Assembly: GCA_040954595.2 (NCBI GenBank)
Contig: CM082596.2
Span: 4,732,181 to 4,796,180 of the forward strand
From: Balanoglossus misakiensis
Taxonomy: Eukaryota > Animalia > Hemichordata
DNA length: 64,000 nt
Direction: 5' to 3'
The notes beneath the pieces were generated by a model. It ran no database searches. It worked only from the letters and a program-made list of their open reading frames with translations, and had not been told where the DNA came from. A program made the position numbers and the translations under genes. Below, in pieces: positions 51,488 to 64,000 of the stretch (position 1 is its first letter; each line of letters begins with the position of its first letter).

Positions 51488-52720
51488 GCATAGTGTGATG
51501 GCTTATTTGCATGTCGTTTGTAATGGAAAGTTCGGGGAAGTGAAAGTTAAATTTGCATATTGCAATTATTATAAGTTCAATTTGCATGCACCAACTGGAA
51601 CTAACCTTCTGTGATCATCAAAATACACGAAATGTACACACTGAGAAACCTTTCACAAGACAGAATCTTCTAAAAATGACATATGGGAAGAAATGTAAGA
51701 TTGTTTTAACATAACTGTAAATTCTTCACAAAGGAGTGTTCTGTAGAATTATGCTCTGTTAGTCCTGCGATCTGTGCAAGAACTTTCTAACTGCAATCTA
51801 TCCCCATGCATTCTGCATATCGCGATTATCTACATTCATTTGTAAGGAAATTTACTTATCAAAAATATCATATTTCCCTGATTAATTGGTTCAGTTGGAA
51901 TCATCTTTCCTTGCTGCAAATGACAATACATACAAAAAAACACAAAGTTTGAAGTTAAAGGTGTACAAGAAAGTTATGCAGAAAAAGTTTACTTAAGGAA
52001 TATTTTACAGGAAAAATTCAAAAGTTTTTTCTCTTAATACTGGCATGCAATGTGTGTTTCAGGGTAAATGGCATTAAAATTACTTCGAAACAGGACAGTC
52101 ATTTGAAGCTACGAACAGAATGATCAATATCATTTCTCCAGCCTGTTTCTGCTTATAGAAAAATTGGCCAATCACCAACATCTAGAATACACATAATATG
52201 CAAATTAACATTAACATATTCATATAAATTCTACATGTAAAAACACTGGGATTTTGTAACCATGGATTTTTTGTTCATAACTAATTGATATGTTTCTTTT
52301 TTTTTTTCATCCTCAGCTTACTCATATTGACATCAACGCATAATATAAATGTACAAAATGAAAGTCTGTCAAATTTGATTACATTTGCATGGAAAGAAAC
52401 TGGAGAAATTGTAAATACTCCAATATGTGAATTGCTTGGTTGATAAAACTTTTCAGAATGCATCACATGAATGATTATCGTGTGCATAAAGCCAGCTTTA
52501 TAATACTGGTCTTCGAGATTTTACGGCAATGTCTCAAAAACGTAGTACCAATTGTGAAAATGACAGCATTAAGGGATGAATCTTCTTGACTTGGTGACCT
52601 GGAAACTTTTGTAAATTTATAATGAATGACCCAACTTGTCATAAACGTGTATAGTTTGGTAACATGTGACCTAATGTTAAACAAGGGAATGCAGGATATC
52701 ATACCCCCGCTGCCCTTTTT

Positions 52721-52766
52721 AGAGGTCCAACTTTACCATACAAGACAATGGTGGTAAGAGGGTTAA
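52721..52766 (+). repeat. Short interspersed repeat, copy 2 (downstream of the LRP2 stop)
   Basis: 20-nt identity (agaggtccaactttaccata) with 50814-50833. Confidence 0.65.
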
Positions 52767-53576
52767 TTAGCTTGATTGAGGCAATGACTGCATAAAGGGT
52801 TGCTGACCCATTTCAACCTACAAACTGGGCAAGCGATACCTGAAATATGATTGGACAATGAAAGTGAGCAGTGTTGTAACTTGTGCATCAGAAAAGAAAA
52901 TACTACATGTACATACAAAATATATCCTCTATATCTAACGTATATATCTCTACATTAAGTTTCTTACTGTTCAGTATAAAATTTGTCGCAGTATAAAAAT
53001 ACAATTAACTGGTTTTGCTGAAACGCAACGCTGTATCAAACAGGCAAATTACATTTGAATATATTTTTTCCAGCAGACACTAAAACGCCCAAACCAGAGC
53101 GTGGCAAGCTCCAAGCTGAACGCCCCTCCCCCTCCCTAAGACTAGACTCTCTCATGGTAACCCAGTTTTATACACTGGTCCGTTCCTTCACAGCCAAACC
53201 TGTGTTAGTGGTCACCTCCATAGAGTGTAAACTTGTCAATAGTGGCCACTTTGTCCCTGCCTCCTCTGAAATATGATCTATAAAATTCTACAGCATTCTA
53301 TAGATTCTTGTGATTGTTTTATTGAATTCAAAAGAAACAGGGTCCAGACCTACTAATAATGTAGGCTATCGAATTCTACCAATGACCAGTTTAGGAAAGT
53401 TACATGACTGGTTGCTACAGATAGGCTTGTCTGTACTGCAGGGCAAGGGCATTTGATTGGTGGGGGTGGAGGCAATGAGAGAGTCTACCCACCCCTGTAA
53501 AACAATGCCAAGGCTCTTAGATTGAGAAAGGCTTTACTGTACAAATTTGCGAGAATTAATTTTCAAACTATTGCTC

Positions 53577-56500
53577 TTAATGCGACGTTTTTTCGACTAA
53601 CTGGGTGGTGTCCTCCTCGTTGTCTTCCGTCGGGTTGTACGCGGGAGGGCCGTCTGGCGGGAGGGTCGGTTCCTTCACTTTCGGCAGGGGGTTGGTCATC
53701 GACGGTGGGGGCAGTTTTTCTGAAGCCGGTAACGGAATGTCCACCGCGACCTCCTCAGCTGCTCGGGCATTCCCGGAATTCAGAAGCCCGTTTTTGTCCG
53801 GGGCTGGCGATGCCGGAATGGTGGGGTCCTCGGGTGTTTGCAACGCCACGTCGTAAATCGGGTTGCTGAAGGCTGTCGAGTTCATGGTGTCTATCTGGAA
53901 TTCGCCTTGCAGAACAGGCTCCTGCAATTCAATGTTAATCATGCTTTATCAAATGTACCCACACGTGTACTTACATACAATACGTAGGAATGGGAATTAT
54001 GTTTATTTACATAGTGAAAAAAATTGCTGATAGTCGTCAAACAGCTGCTGTGGACAATTCACTTTTAAAAGCATGCATATCCTACAGCATTAGGTTTCAT
54101 ATATTCAGCGTCACTCAAATCCCATAAATAAATAAAATCTCCGAATTTGACAGCAGCCTGTTGGCACACTCACCCCATTAGCAGTGACATCACCTTCATC
54201 ACTCAGATAGGAAGGCGTTCCTAGATCCACATTCATCCCACTACGGAAAGACACACTCTGGTCCGTGCTGTACTTGGCTCTAAGAAAAGAATTCCAAGAA
54301 GAATAGACATGATTATTACACCGCATGCACTACAGACAAGTGGCCACTATACAGAGGCAGCCACTAACGCAGGTTAGACTGTATACAGCTGAAACTAATA
54401 AGACATCACACTCACCTATGTGTTCTTCTGTAGTAAATGAGAATAGCCAACACAATAGCTACAAGTATGACTACAAGTACTGTAAACACTGCTATCATCA
54501 CTGTGATATCTGCAACAAAACGCAAATATTACTTTCTTTACTTCTGCAAAACAAGATACATTTGATACGCTTGACAGAAGTAATCAACAATTCTCAAAAG
54601 CTGAACCTTGTGATGATATTATCCCCATTTCAGTACATACCTTTTCGAGTACTGCTTGCTGTTCTTGCTTGCACCCCACATACACTACCAAGCCAGCCCT
54701 CTGGACACCTGTGGAGAAGAATTCACCGAAATTACAAGAGTGAGAATCTCATGACCAACCTGTTTCACAATGGTATGACCTACAGGATAATGGCTCATTC
54801 CATTTTATGGGCTGAAGGGGGTGGTCGGATCACTCACCTGCATAATATAGTGTCATTGACGGACTTCTCACAGATGCCACCATTAAGGCACGGACATTTG
54901 ATCGGGTCCTCTCGTGGCTCTTCTTTGGCTGTGAACACAAATCACGGGATACAATTATTGAACCATCCAAGCACAGTAACACCATCAAATTACAAAGTTA
55001 AAACTGTTGCATACAAGTCTAGAAAGGTTGACATCACATTTGATCATCAAGATTCGATTAATTTTACAAACGCTATGAAGGTGTACTCTTTTGTGCAAAT
55101 TTCAGGTCGGAAGGAATTTAAGTTATTCTACCTCCTTTGCATAGTTTTTGACTGCCTTCTTCAAACTCATCACCATTGGGACAAGCACATCTGTAGCTGT
55201 TCGGCACCAGTAGGCACAGATGGCTGCACATACCAGCTTTGCATCTTGTTCTCTCTGCAGAAAAAAAGGCGAAAATGTACACAATCTGTAAAAGTGAAAG
55301 TATTGTCATTCCTTTGAATGTTGATTTTTGGGATTCATACACGCATGGTCAATGCGGACCTGAATACACTCCTTGCAGGCTTAGTTACAGGTAACTGACA
55401 AAGTAGACGGGTCTGATGTCTCCACACACACTGGGACTTACCCTGAGGGTATCTCATGTACTGTACAGCTTTGAGCGACACCGGTAGTGTGAGGTCAGCC
55501 ATGAGTGTCGTTGGAATACCCCTGCCCAGCTTGTCGAACTGGAGGATGGCCGTGTCGTTGGTCCAGTAGAGGTGACCTTCAAAGACTTCTAAGTAGAATG
55601 GATGCATGAGAAAATCTGCAGGGAAAAAATGAAGTGGACATGACAAATATAAAATGCGTTACTCGATCAGATGTTCTAGCTAGATTTCAGAAGAAAGTTA
55701 TAGGTGCAATTCAAATCATTATGATGCATGGGAAAAAAAACTGACATGCTGAAAGACGTACCACCTGCTTTCAGTATCTTCCTGTTGGAGCCATCAAAGT
55801 TCATAGTTTCAATGATGTTTTCTTTCCTGTCGCACCAGTATATTCTGTCTCCGTTGGCAAAGTCAATGGTGATACCCGTGGGCTCGACTATTCTGTCGGA
55901 CACAAGTGTGGTTTTATTCTCGCCATTCATCCAGGCTGCTTCTATTTTCGGGAAAGCTCCATTGTCCACCCAGTACATCCATCTGTGACAGAAAGTCATA
56001 AATCAAGTACTGGTACACAGTAGTCTCAAGGGCAACACCCACAGTAATAATACGATACACACATGGGCCACAAGAACTGACTGTTATCGACATCACATTT
56101 GCCTAGAATACATGTTGCCTTACCCTCGCCGTGGATTGACAGCAATGGCCCCGGGTCGACCGAGGTTTGTGAGCAGGGTCTTCCTGTACCGGCCATCCAA
56201 CAGAGAAACTTCAATACTGGGTCTCACCACTTCATCCCCAGCATCTGTCCAGTACAGCAACCTGAAGAAGAAACAAGACAACTTGATGCAGTGTGGAACA
56301 TCCATTTACATAGAGATATGACAACCTTCAACACACATGCAAATGCTGTGCTCACAGGCTTTTCGTGCAATTCTATTACCATGCCACTTCTGGCATATTC
56401 TGCCAGCACTTACGCTTGGCACTTAGCATTTCAAAATCCCCACTGTCAAACAATGGCACAATAGAATTTTGATTTAACCACCTCACCCTTTCACCACAAT

Positions 56501-59500
56501 GGTTTGATCCAAACCCACTGTTTTTCTATAGTAAAATCAGACTTCTACCGGTACAGTGGAAAATGAGTTGAGAGGTTTCACTGATATTTTTGTTGGTGAA
56601 TTAACATCATCCAGGATTGACAACCTACCTGCCGACCCAATCTACAGCAATGCCTTCAGGTCGTATCACATCTGGCAGATCCAAATTTTGCGAAAAGGCA
56701 ATCTGATCTATGTTATCAGGTATGTAGGATCTCTTGAGTGTTCTCTGTGATGTATCTGTCCAATATGCAATTGCTGGAGCAAAAAAAAAGTACAAAACAA
56801 TTATTGTCGAAAAGTTCACTTTATGGATTACAGCTGTCCCGACACAAAATTGGTGTCTTCAGCCAAAAATCAAAATTGACAAAGAACTTGTACGAACTGT
56901 AGGACTTCGTAGCTCTTTGAAATTTGTATAATGAGTGTGAAAAACTCACTGGCCGTAATGGCAGGTCAGTACAATATTGACATAGCACTGACTAGTCACA
57001 AAAATAACATACTTTGGTTCAGTTCATCCACAAAATAATCCAGAGCCCAGGTTCGTCTCTCCCCAACCACAAGGTTGCCGTAAATGTTGCTGTTTTCAAA
57101 GTATCGCCTGATTTCTGATCCATCTGTGTACAGAAGGGACTTGGGCTCACCTGCAAACAAAGACAAATGTTTTTCATTATATCCGGTGAAATACACAGCA
57201 TACGAGTCTAGTGTGTGAGTGGGAAAGTTTTTTCTGTATGATGCATTGTTATTTGCCTTGATAAAAATCGAATACATGACTGACTTACCCAGCGGTCGGC
57301 AGTGCGAACCATCACCAATTTCATCCACGTAGCCGCTGGCACATTTGCACGAGAACGAACCCTTAGTATTGGTACAAACTTGCATACACATTGGATCCAG
57401 ACACTCATTTACATCTGTGAAATATAACAACATGATGAAATTTAATACTATCATGTTAGTTACAAGGGCAACGAGACTTCTTCATAATGTGCATATGCTG
57501 GCTATAGTAATCAAAACAGCGACCATAAGATAGATCAATGGTTACATGCAAATACATGTCGCCTGGTACATGATAGGATAGGATATTGGCTATACGGTTT
57601 GAATATAGGCTACATAGACTTGGGACAGCTAGCACAGGACTGATGAGATATAGGAGATCTCTGTGTCACTCACCCTCACACTCTCTCTTATTGGATGGTG
57701 AGGGTCGATAGCCAATGCCACAGCTGCAGAGATAGCCATCGGCCAAGTCATGGCACTCGCGTTGACAGCCACCATTGTTCAAGGCACACTCATTGATGGT
57801 GCCATCGGATTTATCTGAAAATGAGGAAAAGAAAACACATGAATGGAACAATCGATATATCTACTGTACTCGACACACGTAGCAGAGAATGCCGTATGAT
57901 ACACCATTTAACAATCCCTCGGTCATCTCGCTGATACCAATAATCGAAAGCAGTTGGCATCTGCTTTGAACAACATGTAACAAAACAGACACCACTTCTC
58001 TAACATTTGCTGTCAAACTAAAATGACAAATTCTCAACAAAAAGCCCAAGACAGAATATCACTAACTATTCTGACAATCTACACATCATAATTCACTCAC
58101 GGCATCCAAGCTCATCAGTGGCATCCCCGCAATCGTCGAAAGTATCACACACATCGGAAATCGGCACACAGTGTTTATTTGCACACTTGTACTCATCTGC
58201 TGTACACTCTCGGATGTGCTGACCTGAAATTTCAATAAATTACCAATTTTAACATTAGTAATCGACAGATGCTTATTCAAATCACCTTCTGACATTCAAA
58301 TCAGGTCACGCATCGCTTCTCTTGATTATAATGGCCAACTTATTTTTTTTTCCAATATAGATGCTTATACAATTACCATTAAATTGCAATTTACTTACAT
58401 AATTCATGAGTGTTTTCATCGCTAGCATCGCCACAGTTGTCAACATTGTCACAGAGTCGATATCGTGGAATGCATTTGTTGTTATTGCAGCGGAATCTAG
58501 ATTCCTCCGGACAGTCTATGGTTTCTGTGGTGGGAAGACGAACACAAGAATCCATTTTTGAAAGCACCTTAACATGAATCTTTTCACAAAAACAACGTTC
58601 TTATTTTGTCAATTACTCTGCCACAACACTAGGTACTACAGTATACATTTCTCACCAAACCAACAACTCCATTCTTTGCAAATCAATCATCTTACCACAG
58701 ACACTCTGAGTTTCATCGGAGCCATCACCACAATCATTGTCACCATCACATCGCCATGCCAACAGGATGCAGACAGAGTTGTCACACTGGAACTTGTTGG
58801 CAGGGCAGTACCGTCCTCCTGGATATCTTGTAGCTGTGGAAACAAACAAACAAAGAGATTACTTATATTTCTCTTAATGAAAGATGTTCTATAGACTTTA
58901 AATTTAATAACATTGTAGAGATTTTGACATTTCAATCACAAATCCTCATCAAACCTTGTCACACTGACAAACCCGGGTGAATCCACTATTTCTAGGGGGT
59001 ACACCATACTTACGGCATCCACTTTCATCCGAAGCATCTTCTCTACAATCCTTGTCACCATCACAGCGATAAGAATTAAGAATGCAGTGACCACTATTAC
59101 ACTGGAATTTATCAGGCGGGCATGTCAGTGTATCTAAGAAACAATGAAACAAAAATACAATCTTAAGTTTTGCATTTTTTTGCTACCAATTCGTAGTGAC
59201 CAGAATAGGAAATAAAACAGTCTGAACAGGGCAAAAGGAAAAGCAAAATTGTTGAGTAACATGTGTTAGAAACTTACGGCACTCCAGTTCATCAGACCCA
59301 TCCCCGCAATCATCGTCATGGTCACAAATCCACCGACTTGGAATACAGGCACCATTATAGCATGTGAATTCACTCTCACTGCAAGGGCGTCTTGCTGAAA
59401 TTAAAATAGGACAGCACGTAGCAGCAATGTGAAAAGCATTAGGTTTAATTAGGTTTTATTCAAACCAAATCCGGATCTCAAAATTATGCGAAAAGGCCCA

Positions 59501-62500
59501 ATGCAGGGTAATTTATTTGACTGGCATCTGGACCAATCAGAAATGATATTCTATTTCATTCCATCAGCATCTGAGCCAATCAGAAGTAGTGTTCTATCAC
59601 ACTTACAGCAGCCGTATTCATCAGAGCCATCTCCACAATCATCATCCCCATCACACTGCCACCTGTTGGGAATGCAGTGATGGTTGGTGCAACGGAATTC
59701 TCCATCATTGCAGTCACGCGATTCTGACAGAAGACAAGAACACGAAAAAAGAGTTTCACAAATTTTGGAATAAATGCAAAAAGTAAAAACTCCACTGAAA
59801 CCATGAAGATGTCACAAATATTTTGTCCATGAACTCATAGATAGATATTGACAGAGGTTTGCTATTAAAACTTGATCACTGATAACTGGTCTCTTCTGGT
59901 TATAGTAACTATACATTTGCTCATTTACCGCATACTCCAGCTTCTTCATCACTGTTGTCACGGCAATCGTTATTCCCGTCACACACCGCCCATTCCGGCA
60001 CACAGCGATAGTTGGATACGCAACTGAACCATGATGGCTGGCAGGGCCTTCGTTCTGGCAAATGACGAATCAAGAAATCAGCATCTCAAAATAAACGTAA
60101 CAGTTGCAAGTGTGCTTTCCATGATTTCTGATTGGCAATTTCAAAGGGTCAGGCCAGGCCAGGACCAAAGCCAATACTCACTGCAAACATCAGCTATCTC
60201 ATCCGACCCATCTCCACAGTCGTTGTCCCAGTCGCAGTACCAGGCGTCCGGAATACAGTTTCCGTTATCACATGTGAATGTTCCAGGCCCACACGTGCGG
60301 CCACCTGCAAGAAAGGGAGATCAAATTTGTCAGTCTATTGATAAAATTGGTAACTAACAGACTTTGGAGTCCATCCTATGCATTTTGGAGGCTCACATTC
60401 ATTTCATTTCATTTCACATCCACATATTACCCAAAATCTTTACTCAGGAAAAAGCCTGCATTTAAAAACCAAATCTAGATGTCCACAGGCGAGACTTACG
60501 ACAGAAGGTTTCCTCTTCATCTGAGTTATCCCCACAATCGTTGTCGCCATCACACTCAAAACTTTTAGCGATGCAGCGGTGATTGGCACAGCGGAACTGA
60601 GTGCGGCCACAGTGGCGAAGGTCTGTAAGAACAATCATGTTATCCTGTCATTAAAATGCTGTGGCATATGATACACGTTCATGTGTTTGTTCCACAAATG
60701 GGATACCATCACACACTCAACTAATTATAAGAAAAGTAATGGTCCTGACTTTTTTCCAGTCACATTTAATACCGTGCCTCGCACATAAAATGTATATCCA
60801 TCCATACATCAATGTCTACAGTATACTCTGTCACTGTCAGACAGACAATGAAGTGCTGGGAAGACCAGAAAGAAGACCCTACCACAGTTTATCTCATCTG
60901 TGTTGTCGCCGCAGTCATCCTCGCCATCGCAGATCCATTCCGGCCTCGTGCAGTTGAAGTTGTCGCACTGGAATAGGCCGGGACTGCAGACTCTCAGAGC
61001 TGCAAGTGAATTGAATAGTCAGTCAGAAGAGTTTGAAATTCCATCACGTTTGTCGACCTGTATACAATAATCACACCAACAAGATGAGCCAATTGTTACA
61101 TCCATATACTACATTTCAGGCCACTCACTCGTGACACACGGCACAGACGTTGACTGGAATGCACTGGTCTGATACATACTTCATTTGGTTATAATTATAG
61201 TAATTTTCTACATAGATTGATGTTTCCAGTATCAACTTACGGCAACTCGCCGGCTCATCAGAACCATCCTGGCAGTCCGCCTCTCCGTCACATTTCCACA
61301 GCAACGGAATGCACTTGCTGTCATCAGCACACCTGTACTGACTGCTGCCGCAGTCGGCCATGCACGTTCTGCTATCATCCATCAACAAGAAGTCGTCGGG
61401 GCAGGCACAGCTGAACGTCGCCCCTCCGGGGGAGATGAGACACAGATGGGAACAGCCACCGTTGTTGGTTCCACAGGGGTTAGCCACTGGAGAGAAGAGC
61501 ATTTTGAGTAGATCAACTCTCAGTACATTTGAGAATATATAGCATCTGAGGATTTCTATTGGCTGAATGCTCTAACTTTTTGATCACATGAGCGCTGAGC
61601 ACCAATCAGAATTGACCTACTACAGATACCCATCCTAACCACTTCCTTTCAACTTACTTTCTGGCTGTCTCATTGGATGATACACATGGACATCCATGGG
61701 CCTGTGTATGGTTGTCTGCAGGACCTGTCTGTCTTCTCCTGTGAATTTATCCGCTTTGTAGATGGTCTTGTTGTTCCAGTCCGACCAGTACATGTAGTTT
61801 TCGAACACACTGATGGCAAACGGATGGCCAATGTCTGTGCTGGTGACTTCGTGGCGGTTGTTGCCGTCCAGATCAGCAAACCTGAAAGATGAAGGATTCA
61901 AAATTCATCTTTGTTAGGTCTAGCTACCAACCAGACTGGGCAGATGAAATGCGTGTGTTTGTTTATACACACAAAGGAGAAGTTGACTACTTACGCTATG
62001 TAGTCAAAATGTGCATCAGCCCAGTAGATCCTATCAGTGGTGTAATCGATCGTCATGCCATTTGGCCACCCCATCTTGTCATCTTGAATGACTACACTTC
62101 GGTTCGTACCGTCCATTCCTATACGTCCAATGTGTGCATAACTGAGACTCCAGTCAGTCCAATAGAGATACCTGAAAGTAGATAGATAGTAGATAATGAT
62201 AACAATGTTGCTATTTTTAATACTAAAAATGCCTTTTTTGTTCTGCTTCTGATGATAAAATGCTTGGGAACAGTCAATCCTCTATGAGAGAGACACAAAG
62301 ATGTTTTTTCCAAAGCTGTTATGACCATCATACAGATGATGCAATCTGTGAAGAATTTCACGCCAGCAAAATTCTGTATTGTATGGTACAGTTCACAAAC
62401 AAAATAAGGTGCCCTGAGAAGGTGAAATGCATGATCTCTTATTAAATGAACTCACCCTTTCTGTGGATACACTGCCAACGCTCGTGGTTCTGAGAGTCCA

Positions 62501-64000
62501 GACGACACCAGGACTTTACGACTGGATCCGTCCAACTCTGCAACCTCTATCATGTCACTGGTTCTGTCCGCCCAGTAGATTTTCCTGAAATAGCCAAAAG
62601 GGATAAACTGATCAAGTGTTGTCACACAGTGACATATTCTGTACTTTTGTTCTTTTCTAGGCCACTGTCATTTAATTGTTACATATTACATATTTAATTT
62701 GTTTAGTTTTATAGACTGACTGTCATATATAATTAGAGTTTTTGAGTTTTGCAAACAGACTGAGTAACCAGCATTTTGAATATTTTGCTTTCAAATATAT
62801 TTTCAACTAGAACTCTCTGTACCTTCCCACCCAGTCGATAGCAATGCCTTCGCCATCGGGAATATAATACTGGACAACCGTCTCCAATCCGGTGCCGTTG
62901 AGGAAAACCCTCTGGATTACATGTTTCGGAACATCTGTGAAGTACAGGCGCTCCTCCTTGATGTCAAAGTCCAGCGCCACCACATTAGTCAGACCGTCCA
63001 GGATGAGGTCGTAGTTTCTCAAATCAAGCGATAACTTGCGGATGTAGTAACGGTTGCTGAAGATGAGATAGGGCCTGACATCTGAAACAAAGTGACATTG
63101 CGCATGAAATTCGATCGGGGTGTATGTTACGTAATTTAGCACATCATGTGGAGGCCAAAAAAAACAAACCACATATCATATCATTATCATATAATTATAA
63201 TAGAACTAAGAAGTAAAAGGTTAAGATTCCATCTTCCTTGAGCAATTTAGTGGAGAAAAACCATATTCATACTGAGATCTTAGGTGAACATATCTTCCTA
63301 TAGAGGTCGAAAGTGAATGGTTAGTCTTCATAATCAGACAAAGCTGCACACTTCATTGACTTCAAAAGAACTCACCACTTTGGGCTTTACATGTTCTTCC
63401 ATCTGGTTCCTTCTGGTATCCCTCCACACATTTACAGATGTATGACCCTTGGGTGTTTTCGCACTCCTGGCTACACACACTTGGTGTTTCCATACATTCA
63501 TTGATGTCTTCAGAGAAATAAAAGAAAATACCCAGTCTGTCAAAAGACAGTTGTTTCTGAAATTTCTACAAAAAACATTCGACTAAGAAGTTCCCCTGTA
63601 TATTATGACATAACTGTTGACTTGGACCATTATCATATTTCTAATATTTTTCAGCGTTCGATGATTGCCTGTCACTACACATTAGGAAAACCTGTTCTGT
63701 AGTTTAACACAATTCAATAATGAAAAAATATTTGCTCTCCATCATGCACTCTTTATGAGAATTTCACTCAGAGAGATAAGTAACAATATTGGTATTGCCA
63801 GTTTTTGGAAACACAGTTCCTATATATACATGTATACATGTACATACCCCTGCAGGCCCTTCCATCTGGCATCAGTGCGTACCCACCACGACACTCGCAG
63901 TAGAAACTGGTCGCCGTGTTCACGCACTCATGCTCACACTGATTGGAAACAACATCTGCACACTCATCAATACCACAATGTCTTTCATCTGATGAATCCA
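53577..64000 (-). CDS. LRP2: LRP2/megalin, 3' portion (5' end lies beyond the window)
   Basis: Exons include 63848-64000, 63376-63507, 62823-63081, 62456-62584, 61995-62171, 61658-61881 (EGF + YWTD propeller); 61241-61486, 60883-60999, 60500-60622, 60182-60304, 59929-60054, 59607-59723, 59278-59394, 59014-59133, 58696-58833, 58399-58524, 58101-58223 (11 LDLa repeats, as in megalin cluster IV); 57674-57814, 57289-57414, 57013-57150, 56629-56773, 56124-56261, 55762-55982, 55442-55615, 55132-55254, 54838-54928, 54641-54708; TM 54416-54509; tail 54174-54279 and 53577-53921. Megalin-like tail motifs: [26 protein letters not shown]. Confidence 0.93.
56486..56546 (-). repeat. Short interspersed repeat, copy 3 (inverted, LRP2 intron)
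   Basis: Its reverse complement agaagtctgattttactatagaaaaacagtgggtttggatcaaaccattgtggtgaaaggg aligns to 50814-50873. Confidence 0.65.

Noticed and set aside
54325-55317. 330-aa plus-strand ORF, the longest in the track
   Set aside because: It is antisense to four LRP2 exons and their introns, has no recognisable domain and an implausible composition; most likely a chance open frame.
1-64000. CRISPR arrays, tRNA/rRNA genes, intact transposase or reverse-transcriptase ORFs
   Set aside because: No repeat-spacer periodicity, cloverleaf motifs or RT/DDE motifs were found by eye. tRNAscan-SE, Infernal and RepeatMasker would be needed to exclude small or decayed elements.

Overview
This is intron-rich eukaryotic DNA from an invertebrate deuterostome. 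Gene content and protein similarities suggest an ambulacrarian, possibly a hemichordate (inference, not proven). Splicing by hand on both strands gives seven protein-coding genes: (1) a 7-exon cytosolic-type creatine kinase (+, 1962-4970); (2) a secreted single-domain C-type lectin with a QPD motif (+, 7421-9105); (3) a 26-exon ADGRD1/GPR133-like adhesion GPCR (-, 37473-10291, 877 aa); (4) a small 3-exon gene (-, 45546-44048, 194 aa) carrying the motifs of the bacterial DUF6973/minimal-Wnt (Lipocone) family, the most striking item here; (5) an Angel/ANGEL2 phosphatase (-); (6) GEMIN6 (+), head-to-head with Angel; and (7) the 3' part of LRP2/megalin (-), which runs off the right edge. There are also MITE-like repeats, a short interspersed repeat and microsatellites. 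No rRNA, tRNA or CRISPR array was seen. Most ORF-track entries are exon fragments or spurious. All family assignments come from motif recognition and remembered reference sequences; no database search was run.
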